A stretch of DNA of 63,986 bases, counting the filler, from Klebsormidium nitens (taxonomy: Eukaryota; Plantae; Klebsormidiophyceae), in assembly GCA_000708835.1 (NCBI GenBank). It is 8 parts of 8 records of this genome, joined end to end, with 100 filler letters (N's around TTAATTAATTAA, not from the genome) between each part and the next. Parts side by side here need not be neighbours in the genome. Positions count along the whole stretch, not along the records: positions 32,427 to 49,452 come from DF238011.1; 7 more parts are not named here. One strand, written 5' to 3'. The translations under genes and the position numbers were made by a program. The notes beneath the pieces are model-generated. The model did not search any database. It was not told where the DNA came from and saw nothing but the letters and a program-made list of their open reading frames with translations. Below, piece by piece: positions 39,280 through 48,764 of the stretch (position 1 is the stretch's first letter; each line of letters opens with the position of its first letter).

Positions 39280-41242
39280 CTGCAGCAGTGCCAAAACTGC
39301 CGAATCCTCCCACACATCCACTGCGGGCCGCGCCACCGCCCGCTGACGCCCGTTCTCCCCGGGCGAGTCTGTTAGGGCCCACGCCAACGCAGCAGCTGCT
39401 GACCAGCAAGGCGCCAGCACCTCCCCCAAGTCCCCCTCCTGCCGGACCCCTGCTGTGTCCTCGTCGGACTCCTGGGGGTACCGGCTAAGGCAGTCCATCT
39501 CGTTTTCTTCCCCGGGGGTGTAGTCGACTTCCATGTCGAACTCGCTCAGCATCATGGCCCAGCGAGCGAGCTTACCCGTCAGCTTCGTGTTGGTCAGGAT
39601 CCATTTGAGTGGTCTGTGGTCGCTCTCCAGCCTGAACTGCTCCCCGTACAGATAGTTCCTCCACAGCCGCACGAAGTAGACCGCCGCCAGCAACTCCCCC
39701 TCGAAACTGCTATACCGGGACTCAGCCGGGTTGCAGCTCCGGCTCTCGTAGGCAATCACCCGGTCCTCCCCCGCCTCGTCAGCTTGCAGCAGGACCCCGC
39801 CTACCCCCTTCTTGCTCCAGTCGCAGCGCACTTTGAACTTGCGCCCACGCACTGGCAGTGCCAGCACCGGCTCGTTTTGCAGCGCCTTTTTGAGCGCCAG
39901 GAACGCCCCCTCCTGCTCCTCACCCCAGCGCCACTGCACCGCTTTCTTCGTCAACTCGTTGAGTGGCCCCTGCAGCCTGCTGCACTCCGGGATGAACCTC
40001 CGATAATAATTCACCACCCCGTTGAACGCCTTGACAGACGTGACGTCGGTCGGTCGCGGCAGGGCCTCAATCGCCGCCACTTTGGCCACCACCGGCGACA
40101 CCTTGCCTGGACGCGGCCACATCCCGAGGTACTCCACCGAATCTGCCCCGAAGCAGCACTTGTCGGGGTGACATTTGAGCCCCATCTCTCTCAGCCGGTT
40201 CAGGACCCGCTGCACCAGCGCCATGTGCTCCTCCAGCGTGTCCCCTCCAGCCACCAGCACGTCGTTGATGAAGCTCCGCGCGAACTCCTCCAGACCCCTC
40301 AACGTCCTGTCGATCGCCCGCTGGAACCAAGCGCTGGCGTTGCGCGCCCCGAACGGACACCGCTTCCAGCAGTACAGCTTGGTGGACCCCCAGAACGCCA
40401 GCTTGCGCCTGTCCTCCTTCTTCACCACCAGCTGATGAAACGCTCCTCTGATGTCGATCGTCGAGTAGAACTTTGCGTGCCCCAGCGCGTCCAGCACCTC
40501 CTCCGGCAGCGGCATCGGGTAGCGATCCTGCGCCGTCTCCAGGTTAACCCTGCGCAGGTCCGTGCAGAACCGGTCCAGCTTCCAGTTCCCCTCCGGATCC
40601 TTCTTTGCTGCGAGCACCGAGTTGGCAGCAAAATCGCTGTCCGTCTCCTCGATGATCCCCGCCGCCTCCAACTCCGCGCACCGCTGATCGATCAACTCCC
40701 ACTCCTTCACGCTGTGTTTTCTTCGCCGCTCGAAAATGGGCCTCTCTGTCTTCAGCGTCAACTCCACTTCGAACAGCTTAAACTCCCCAATTTCCTCTAA
40801 GCTGTTCGCGAACACGTCCCGGTTCGCCTCAGCCACCGCCGCCGCATACCCCTGCTCCTCAGGCGTCAGCTGACTCCCTACCGACCACCCCCGACACTTC
40901 CCGGCCACCGGCCCTCCCGGTTTTTCTGCTTTCACCGACTGCTCCTGCCCCACCGGTCTTCCAACCCCATCTTGCCCCGGTCGGATCTGCTCCCCCGACC
41001 CACCGACCTCCTTTCCGTCCGCAGCCGCCCGCAGCCCCCTCCCCGTATTCATTCTGAGCTGCTCCCCAGGCTGACCGCCCATCCCCTGTTCTTCCTTGGC
41101 CACACGCCCAGGCGCGCGCGCTCCTGACGCACCCACTCCTGCGGCGCCACCTGGCGCATGCGCACGCGTTCTTGGCGCGCCCACACCTGCGGCGCCACCT
41201 GGCGCCAGCGCGCGCCCTCCTGGCGCACCACCAGCCGCCGCG
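39280..41242 (-). CDS. Reverse transcriptase and RNase H (gypsy-type); the RT YxDD box reads FIND
   Basis: FCTDLRRVN, YPMP, FYSTIDIRGAFHQL, CPFGARNASAWFQR, SFINDVL, EYLG; RNase H CDWSKKGVGGVLLQ, GELLAA, SDHRPLKW. Confidence 0.93.
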
Positions 41243-42134
41243 NNNNNNNNNNNNNNNNNNNNNNNNNNNNNNNNNNNNNNNNNNNNNNNNNNNNNNNNNN
41301 NNNNNNNNNNNNNNNNNNNNNNNNNNNNNNNNNNNNNNNNNNNNNNNNNNNNNNNNNNNNNNNNNNNNNNNNNNNNNNNNNNNNNNNNNNNNNNNNNNNN
41401 NNNNNNNNNNNNNNNNNNNNNNNNNNNNNNNNNNNNNNNNNNNNNNNNNNNNNNNNNNNNNNNNNNNNNNNNNNNNNNNNNNNNNNNNNNNNNNNNNNNN
41501 NNNNNNNNNNNNNNNNNNNNNNNNNNNNNNNNNNNNNNNNNNNNNNNNNNNNNNNNNNNNNNNNNNNNNNNNNNNNNNNNNNNNNNNNNNNNNNNNNNNN
41601 NNNNNNNNNNNNNNNNNNNNNNNNNNNNNNNNNNNNNNNNNNNNNNNNNNNNNNNNNNNNNNNNNNNNNNNNNNNNNNNNNNNNNNNNNNNNNNNNNNNN
41701 NNNNNNNNNNNNNNNNNNNNNNNNNNNNNNNNNNNNNNNNNNNNNNNNNNNNNNNNNNNNNNNNNNNNNNNNNNNNNNNNNNNNNNNNNNNNNNNNNNNN
41801 NNNNNNNNNNNNNNNNNNNNNNNNNNNNNNNNNNNNNNNNNNNNNNNNNNNNNNNNNNNNNNNNNNNNNNNNNNNNNNNNNNNNNNNNNNNNNNNNNNNN
41901 NNNNNNNNNNNNNNNNNNNNNNNNNNNNNNNNNNNNNNNNNNNNNNNNNNNNNNNNNNNNNNNNNNNNNNNNNNNNNNNNNNNNNNNNNNNNNNNNNNNN
42001 NNNNNNNNNNNNNNNNNNNNNNNNNNNNNNNNNNNNNNNNNNNNNNNNNNNNNNNNNNNNNNNNNNNNNNNNNNNNNNNNNNNNNNNNNNNNNNNNNNNN
42101 NNNNNNNNNNNNNNNNNNNNNNNNNNNNNNNNNN
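41243..42134. other. Assembly gap within a GC-rich repetitive linker between DNMT and RT
   Basis: Run of N flanked on both sides by CCTGGCGC-containing repeats. Confidence 0.95.
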
Positions 42135-43567
42135 GCCAGCGCGCGCGCTCCTGGCGCGCTCCAGACTGCAGCGACATCTGGCGCGGGCGTGAGTTCTCCT
42201 GGCGCGCCACCAGCACCTGGCGCCTGCGCTCGCCTCACTGTCCCGGCCGTGCCCACGTTTGGCCCTGCACCCTGGCCGTTGCCGTTCGACACTTCCGACC
42301 CCCCTCCTAACGGCACAACAGTAGCTACTAACGGCTCTTCGGCCGCCTCTGCGCAAGCCGCAAACAGCCACATCACCGTGTTGAGATCCATGGCTTGGCC
42401 CAAGAGCTCCCGTCGAGTGGATTCTGACAGGCCGGGGGCTGCAGAGAAGCCCCGGGGAAACCCCATGGCTAGTTCCCGCTCGTCTGCTGTGGGCTCACCA
42501 TACGTGACTGATCGGCCGTTCTCCACCTGGAGGACTCCACCGCGCGTGTGCGAAAAGGCGTGGGACCCGTTGTAACTCACAAATGTCGGCAGCGCACGCC
42601 TTGGCTCCCCGGGTACCTCGACTTTGGCCCACGGAGCCTGTCCCGAGCCCCGAGGGACCATCGCACTGCGCCCCGGGCCTAGAATCTGATGGACAAACAG
42701 TCCGGGGGGGCGAACCTGTGCAGAGACCGCAGCGCGCAAGACCGCCACGTCAGCGAGATTGGTCCACCACGCGCGCAGACGATGCGCGTGGGAACCCAGC
42801 TGTGCCGCGTCCACGACCACTTCCGGCCCCAGAAGGCTGCGTACCTCAGCGAAATGGTCCCGTACCCGAGGCCGGCGGTCGAGCCCAGCCGCAACATGCT
42901 CAATTACGTACGCCAACGGGTGCCCCCACTCCCTGTGGGACGCCTGCAGGTGGTGCAACACCCGCACCAACTCACCGACCAATCCCGACCGAGGATCATC
43001 TAACCCACGCCCAAGCCCCGCGGCACTGCTGCCTTGGCACGGCCACCCCGCCACCACTACGTCCAGCGGGCCGAGGGAAAGCAGGTGATCTGCGCCGACC
43101 AGCTGGATGTCCTGGGGCAATCGGTGGTGCAACTGCACTCCCGCCCGTTCACCGATCCTTCCGGGAAACTCCGCGCTCAACTGCGCAACCGCCCACCTGT
43201 GCAGCTCCCGGGCTGCGCCCCGCTTCTCACACGCAATTACTTCCCCGACCGTATACCCTAGCCGGACCAGCGTTTGGGTTGCCGTCCCCACCCCGGCAAA
43301 CAGCTCAAGAACCCGCAGCGGCCTGTCCCTTGGCAACGGTCCAACTACCGACCAGTCCAACGGCAGCAAACCCCTGAGTTGACTCAACGGGACTTGTCGA
43401 GGCAACTCACTTTTCGGCCGTTCCCCCGCCAACGCACTTCGCACTGCGCGCACTGCCTCCGCCTGCACACTCAGTGACGGCCCCCGTGGCCACCTTCCCG
43501 TCTCTTCCGACCGCCTCCTCCGGCCGGCCCCCTTGGGCACCAGGCGTGAGTCCTCCTCCATACCCAC
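42135..43567 (-). CDS. C5 cytosine DNA methyltransferase domain (about 42380-43320) inside the retroelement
   Basis: Motif I LRVLELFAGVG, motif IV VAGWPCQG (catalytic Cys), motif VI VIEHV, motif VIII HRLRAWW, motif IX ERELAMGFP, motif X LLGQAM. Confidence 0.9.
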
Positions 43568-43582
43568 GCCCGGTGCCTGGCG

Positions 43583-46500
43583 TCACTGCGTGGCACTGCA
43601 GGCGAGCGCGACGCCTGCTGTGCCGGTGGGTGCTCCATTCTCCGAACCGCGCACCGCCCGCTGACCCACTGGCTGGCGCAACCGCATGGGTATGCTCGCT
43701 ACATGCTCTCCCCGCGAGCGCCAATCTACGCGGTACGTACCCCTTTCCGACCACCGATCAATGCTCAGCCCGATTGGGTAAGCTGCCCGGGTCTCAATAA
43801 GCAGGTCATAGCCCGTCGACTCGGTGACAGCTAAGTGCTCATACAGAGTGAGCTCTGCCGGGGTGCCGGCATTCAGCACAATCGGCACCGGATCTCGCGT
43901 GAACCCCTTGCCCAACGGCTCTACCTTTCCCAGCGCCGTTTGCACCTTGCACAGCACCCCGTTGCTTTCCACCGGCAAGCCGAGCTGAGGGGCCAACCGC
44001 GCCCCCGCCATGGAGTAGAAACTGCCCCCGTCAATCAGCACCCGCAGCGGCGCTTTAAGCCCCGCAACCGTCATCACCTTGACGGCACCATCTCGATTTT
44101 CCACCCAGTCCGGGGTGCCGACCCAACGGCTGCGCTCAGTGGGTGGGACTTTGGGCAGCGCTTCCGCAAAAGCCGCTAATGCGTGTGACGCTTCCCACGC
44201 CTCTGCCGTCCCCCCCCGTTCTGCTTCGCCGGACCCCTCGACACCGTTGACCCCCAACTTCCCCTTGCCCTTATCCTTGCGGGAGACCATCTCCCACCTT
44301 CGTGGATTTGTCACCGTTTTAACCGGCCCCGCTTGCGCCCTTAGCGCCGTCGCGGAGTCGACCCCCACAGACCGCGCCTCCTCAACGAGCATTTCCAATG
44401 CTAATTGCTTGTCCGCCTCCTCCGTCTTTGACCGAATCTGTGCCTGCCGCAGGCAGTCCGCCCTAGCCTGGGCCATCCACGAGCTTTCCGGGTCTGTGTT
44501 AACCCCGGGGTTAATCGTGCTGGTAACCCGCACCTGGTTGTGCTCACCGCGCGGTTCTTCTGCTCCCGGACCCACCTCGGCTGCTTCCCCGGGCATTACT
44601 GACTCACCCGACCCCACTACCTCACGGCTGGCCCTCGCGCTGAGCGCGCGTGCTGGCACGGGTGCTGACACCGTTGCCCCAAGACGGACGTCTGCGATGG
44701 GCGTCGAGCCGCCAGCGCCACCTGGCGCCATCTTCTGCGCTGCACCGACCGCGCCACCTGGTGCCACTCTGCTTGTGCCACCTGGCGCCGCTCCTGGCGC
44801 CCTTCCTGGCGCCACGCTGCGTGCGCCACCTGGCGCCGCTCCTGGCGCCGCACCGACCGCGCCACCTGGCGCCGCTACTGGCGCAGCGCCGCCGGCGCCG
44901 CCTGCTTCTCCGCCTGTGGGTCTCCGAGCCTCACTCTCCGGCCCCCCCGCTGTGGCAACCGCTCTGCGCATGACTTCTCTTGGGTCGAGCTGCGGCTGTG
45001 GTGCACCGACCCCTCCCGTCATGGCCACTACCTGCTGCAGTGACAGCCCCGCGCGGTCAGCCAATTGCAGAAACGCCTCGACGTCAACCGTGACCTGCCC
45101 CAGCAGGATTGCCGCTCCCCCCGTTCTCACCTCCTCTGCCGGATGTTCAATCACCACAACCGGGGGCGCTGCCCCGGCCACCTTTCTCGTCGACGTGGCC
45201 ACTCCCTGGATCACACCCTGCTTCTCCGCCTGTGCTGAGGCCCCCGGAGTCCCCTCCGTCCTAATGCTGAACCCCTGCGGGAGCCGATGCAGGCCCTGCG
45301 CCGCCACCTCCCGTCCCTGGTCCGGAAGCTTCGCCATCCGCTCCTTCAATGCTGCTTTGTCTGTGCGGGCTCGCAGCTGTCTCAGAGCCTCAACCGGGGC
45401 CTTGCGCTCAAGCGCAGCGGTCCCCACAGGCTGCCCCGTCGCCGGACCGACCACCTGCCGCGGGCGCGTGCCTGCCCGCCCCTGCTTTCTGGGCTTCAAC
45501 CGAGGCCTGATCGCCCGCGCCTCTTTGCTTGGGGCATCCGCTCCTGCCGATGCGCGCGTCGCCACAGCCCCAAGCTCGCACAACGAAGTGGGGCGCCAAC
45601 TGACATCTCCCCCCGTCGGCAACGCAGCTGCGCCCAACTCGTACTCATCCCCGTCCCAGCTGGCAGTGTCGTCATCCTCCAAACTCAGCGCTGCCGCCGC
45701 CTGCGCCGCTGCTTTCCACGCCCGGAATTCCTCCACCTCCGACATGCTCAGCCCTGCTGCGGCCAGCTCTGCACCACCACCACCTCCCGCGGGGACCGCT
45801 GCCGCTGCCGGTGCCACGTGCCTCTGCGGGCACTGGAAAGACAGGTGCGCTGGGTCCCCGCAGACGAAGCAGATCCGCGGTCCCCGCGCCCCCCGACCTG
45901 GACCGGACCTGCCGGTGCCTCTCCCCGGGCCACCCCGACCTGACCCTCCGCCCCTCTGCGGGCACGTGTTTCGGTAGTGCCCCATCTCCCCGCAAGTGTG
46001 GCACGCGCCTGACCCCGCTGACCCAGCCGTCATCACAATCGCAGCTGCTGCTGGCTGCACCTCAGGGACGGCCGCGTGCGCGACCGGCGCACGCCCGCCC
46101 CACCTCGGTCTGACCTCTGCCGGCCTAGGAGTCATCTCCCTGGCGATCCGCAACCTGGAGGCCATCTCACTCACCCGCACAGCTGCGTCGTAAGCGTTGT
46201 CGAGCGTGTATCCCCCGTCCCCGCTCGAGGCTGCCGCCAGCGCGTGCGTGTTGACGGCATCCCCCAACCTCTTGTCCAGCGCAGCCACAAACTTGGTGAC
46301 GAGCTCAGGATCTGTCAACGGCTTCTTGAGGTCCCCCGCCAGCCCCTGCAGCCGGAACAGCAGCTCCGGTAACTCCTCGCCTGCCTCCCGCCTGAAGTTG
46401 ACCCATTCCTGCGCTTTACCCTCGTTCCTCTCACCGAAGTGGCGTTTGAGATTCGCCAAAAGCTGCTTCACCGGCTCCTCCTTCGTGTTGCACTCCTTGT

Positions 46501-46921
46501 ACGCGCGCAAATGCGCCTCCTTGGCGGGGTTGTCCATGTGCTCCCCCAAGTGCACGCAAAAACGCTTCTTGAACTCGGCTCCTTCGACCGGCCTACCCAA
46601 GTCTTTCTGTAGCTTGGTGAACCGGTCAAGGATGCTCCCCTCAACTTGGAGCTCAAACTGCTCCAGAGTGAGCCCCTCGTTCTTCCTCCCCGAAAACCGT
46701 TGCTTCCCCTCACTGACCGCTGCCATGTCTGCCCAATCTTCTTCTTCCCACCAGAACGCAGACAGACTTGCCCTCTCCGGCCTGTTCACAACTACCCCAC
46801 TGCTCGCACTAGCGGTGTCCTCACTGCCCTCCGCTGCTGCAACTTGGCTGTACTCAGTCGCCGCAGACACCTCGAAAATGGAGCCGTATATCGTCTGCCG
46901 AGCTCGTGTTTCTACGGGCAT
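43583..46921 (-). CDS. Gag (two CCHC zinc knuckles), Ala/Gly/Pro-rich spacer and retropepsin protease
   Basis: CHTCGEMGHYRNTC and CFVCGDPAHLSFQC; retrotransposon gag-like FRREAGEELPELLFRLQGLA; protease VLIDGGS...YDLLIE. 1112-aa ORF. Confidence 0.9.
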   Translation of the reverse strand: MPVETRARQTIYGSIFEVSAATEYSQVAAAEGSEDTASASSGVVVNRPERASLSAFWWEEEDWADMAAVSEGKQRFSGRKNEGLTLEQFELQVEGSILDRFTKLQKDLGRPVEGAEFKKRFCVHLGEHMDNPAKEAHLRAYKECNTKEEPVKQLLANLKRHFGERNEGKAQEWVNFRREAGEELPELLFRLQGLAGDLKKPLTDPELVTKFVAALDKRLGDAVNTHALAAASSGDGGYTLDNAYDAAVRVSEMASRLRIAREMTPRPAEVRPRWGGRAPVAHAAVPEVQPAAAAIVMTAGSAGSGACHTCGEMGHYRNTCPQRGGGSGRGGPGRGTGRSGPGRGARGPRICFVCGDPAHLSFQCPQRHVAPAAAAVPAGGGGGAELAAAGLSMSEVEEFRAWKAAAQAAAALSLEDDDTASWDGDEYELGAAALPTGGDVSWRPTSLCELGAVATRASAGADAPSKEARAIRPRLKPRKQGRAGTRPRQVVGPATGQPVGTAALERKAPVEALRQLRARTDKAALKERMAKLPDQGREVAAQGLHRLPQGFSIRTEGTPGASAQAEKQGVIQGVATSTRKVAGAAPPVVVIEHPAEEVRTGGAAILLGQVTVDVEAFLQLADRAGLSLQQVVAMTGGVGAPQPQLDPREVMRRAVATAGGPESEARRPTGGEAGGAGGAAPVAAPGGAVGAAPGAAPGGARSVAPGRAPGAAPGGTSRVAPGGAVGAAQKMAPGGAGGSTPIADVRLGATVSAPVPARALSARASREVVGSGESVMPGEAAEVGPGAEEPRGEHNQVRVTSTINPGVNTDPESSWMAQARADCLRQAQIRSKTEEADKQLALEMLVEEARSVGVDSATALRAQAGPVKTVTNPRRWEMVSRKDKGKGKLGVNGVEGSGEAERGGTAEAWEASHALAAFAEALPKVPPTERSRWVGTPDWVENRDGAVKVMTVAGLKAPLRVLIDGGSFYSMAGARLAPQLGLPVESNGVLCKVQTALGKVEPLGKGFTRDPVPIVLNAGTPAELTLYEHLAVTESTGYDLLIETRAAYPIGLSIDRWSERGTYRVDWRSRGEHVASIPMRLRQPVGQRAVRGSENGAPTGTAGVALACSATQ

Positions 46922-46930
46922 CTGCAGCCC

Positions 46931-47980
46931 CTAATCAAGCTCACTGATCCCCCCTGCTGCCGACCCTGCGTCCACACTCTCGCCCGTCTGTGCCCCCGCA
47001 CGCGCTCGCCTCTCCTGTTTCTTGCGCCTGCGCTTCTCCCGTTTGGCGGCCGCACGTTGCTCCTCGCTCGCCTCCACGCCCCTCGCCCGCTGCCTGATGG
47101 CCTCCTCCGCCGCAACCTCTACGATCCTAACCACCTCCTGCAGCCGGGCGTTTCGCGCCTCCTGCTCCCTCTTCGCCTTGGCGTACCACACGCTAGCTTC
47201 CACCAACGCATGCGCCTCCCTCCAGGCGATCACCCTTGCCCCCAATGTCTGAAAGCGCTCGCAAACGGAACAGTCAACTGGGCACCCCAGCTTAACGGCA
47301 GGTAGGTGCTGCGCAGGATCAGGCACTTGCCCAATGCAGGCCGCCCCAGACGCGTTGTTAGCCACAAAGGCAGCGTACACCTTGCCTCGGGGAAACTCCT
47401 TGTGCCGCAGCTCAAACGCGCGCCACTCCTTGATAAACTCCTGCGCACGACGAATCGCCCTGGCCACCGCGGGATCAGCCGCCGCCCTGCGCTCAAGGTC
47501 CTCCTTCACCCGCTCGACTTCCCGCGCCTCGCGCCTGCTACCCTCAGGCGTGCTGACTTCCCTTGCAAACTCTGCGTCCTCCTGTCCCAGCCGAAGCCCC
47601 TCACTCACAGCTTCCCCTAACTCCCCCACTGCCTGCTGCTGGCGCGCCCACCTGCTGGTGCTGCTCTCCTCCGCCCCTGCCGCCTCTGCCGCCTTTTCGT
47701 CACAAATGACACAGCGAGTCACGCAGGCGCTGAGCTGCACCGGCCAGTGATCCTCCCTGCGCGCTTGGATTCCCAGCAGCGCCGCCCCTGACTGATTATT
47801 GGCAACGTACGTCACCCAGCTGCCACTCTCCTCCGAGACCCCCGCCACTAGCTCAGCTAGAAGCAACTGCCACCCCTGTATAAACTCATGCGCCTTCCAG
47901 AACTCGCGCTCACGCTCCTTCCCTCCAAGCTCACACAGCCGCCTCAGGAGCTCCTGGATGTCAGGTGCTCCTGGCGCCAT
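46931..47980 (-). CDS. Accessory ORF0 upstream of gag with an internally duplicated Cys/His module
   Basis: Open for about 350 codons from ATG 47980. Two copies: KAHEFIQGW..YVANNQSGAALLG..HW..CVTRCVIC and RAQEFIKEW..FVANNASGAACIG..HL..CPVDCSVC. Confidence 0.75.
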   Translation of the reverse strand: MAPGAPDIQELLRRLCELGGKEREREFWKAHEFIQGWQLLLAELVAGVSEESGSWVTYVANNQSGAALLGIQARREDHWPVQLSACVTRCVICDEKAAEAAGAEESSTSRWARQQQAVGELGEAVSEGLRLGQEDAEFAREVSTPEGSRREAREVERVKEDLERRAAADPAVARAIRRAQEFIKEWRAFELRHKEFPRGKVYAAFVANNASGAACIGQVPDPAQHLPAVKLGCPVDCSVCERFQTLGARVIAWREAHALVEASVWYAKAKREQEARNARLQEVVRIVEVAAEEAIRQRARGVEASEEQRAAAKREKRRRKKQERRARAGAQTGESVDAGSAAGGISELD

Positions 47981-48754
47981 GCTCCATACGCAACAGCTGG
48001 TGGGCCACTGAAAACTTGGCGGACAGACGCCTGCATGGCGAAGAAGACATGGCTGAGACACGCATCCCACCTCGCCCCCAACTGCCACCACCAGCGACCC
48101 CTGACCTGCTCAGCCCAGCTGCCACCAAACCTGAAACCAACCGCCCGCCTGACCCGCCTGCGCACGCCCAACAGCTGACAGCCCTGAGCATGCAGCTTGC
48201 AGCTGCCACGCCTGCGCAGGCTCAGCAGCTGCCAGCTCTGCGCCTCCGCGCCAGGCTGACCTGCCCACACGCACGCCCACTCTACGCCCCCCACAGCCCA
48301 CAGCTGCAAGCAGGCGGGGTCTCACAGACCCCCACTAACACTGGCCCTGGACCTTATCCCCCAGAACAGGCACCCTCTGTGAGCTGCAGTCTAGCTCACA
48401 CTTTGGCCAGGTCAGCTCGACCTGCCAGCCCTACCACTCCAGGCCCCCCAAGCCTTAACACCTGCTGCCCTTGAACTCACTGAAACTCTCAGCACTTCGC
48501 AGCCGCCCTCCGTCAGGGACTTTGTCACAGCTGGAGACCTTATTCTACCCTGGGTCAGTCTCCACACTCAGCGCCTCTCCAAGCTGGGACCTTGGGACAA
48601 CGCACTCAGCTCATGCTTTCTCCACAAGCACACAACTTCCACTCAGAGTCACTCTGACTCACCACTGCACTAAGGCAGCATCGCCAGCTGTCCACCGTGT
48701 TCCACCCGGGTGCCCCGCCACCTGGATCGCTGGCGGGTCCTCGCTGTTCCGCTG

Positions 48755-48764
48755 ATTCTCTCTT
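48755..48764 (-). other. Non-tRNA primer-binding site, complementary to an LTR segment (candidate self-priming)
   Basis: No TGG after the LTR end. 48755-48767 (ATTCTCTCTTTGT) is the exact reverse complement of 48921-48933 (ACAAAGAGAGAAT). Confidence 0.65.

Noticed and set aside
37377-43567. Very long ORFs in the track that run through X residues (646, 902 and 1170 aa and others)
   Set aside because: They span N gaps of estimated length, so frame continuity between DNMT, RT and integrase cannot be read from them.
41144-44872. Resemblance of GCGCCACCTGG to the CTCF motif
   Set aside because: CTCF is an animal protein and this genome looks algal; treated as coincidence.
44079-45977. 632-aa plus-strand ORF and similar antisense ORFs (993-1757, 38100-39488, 39616-40800, 59182-59625)
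   Set aside because: They are shadows of GC-rich coding sequence on the opposite strand, with no independent motifs.
47965-48474. Antisense Pro/Ala/Gln-rich ORF in the gypsy leader
   Set aside because: Low complexity in a GC-rich region and no motif; it cannot be supported without conservation or expression data.
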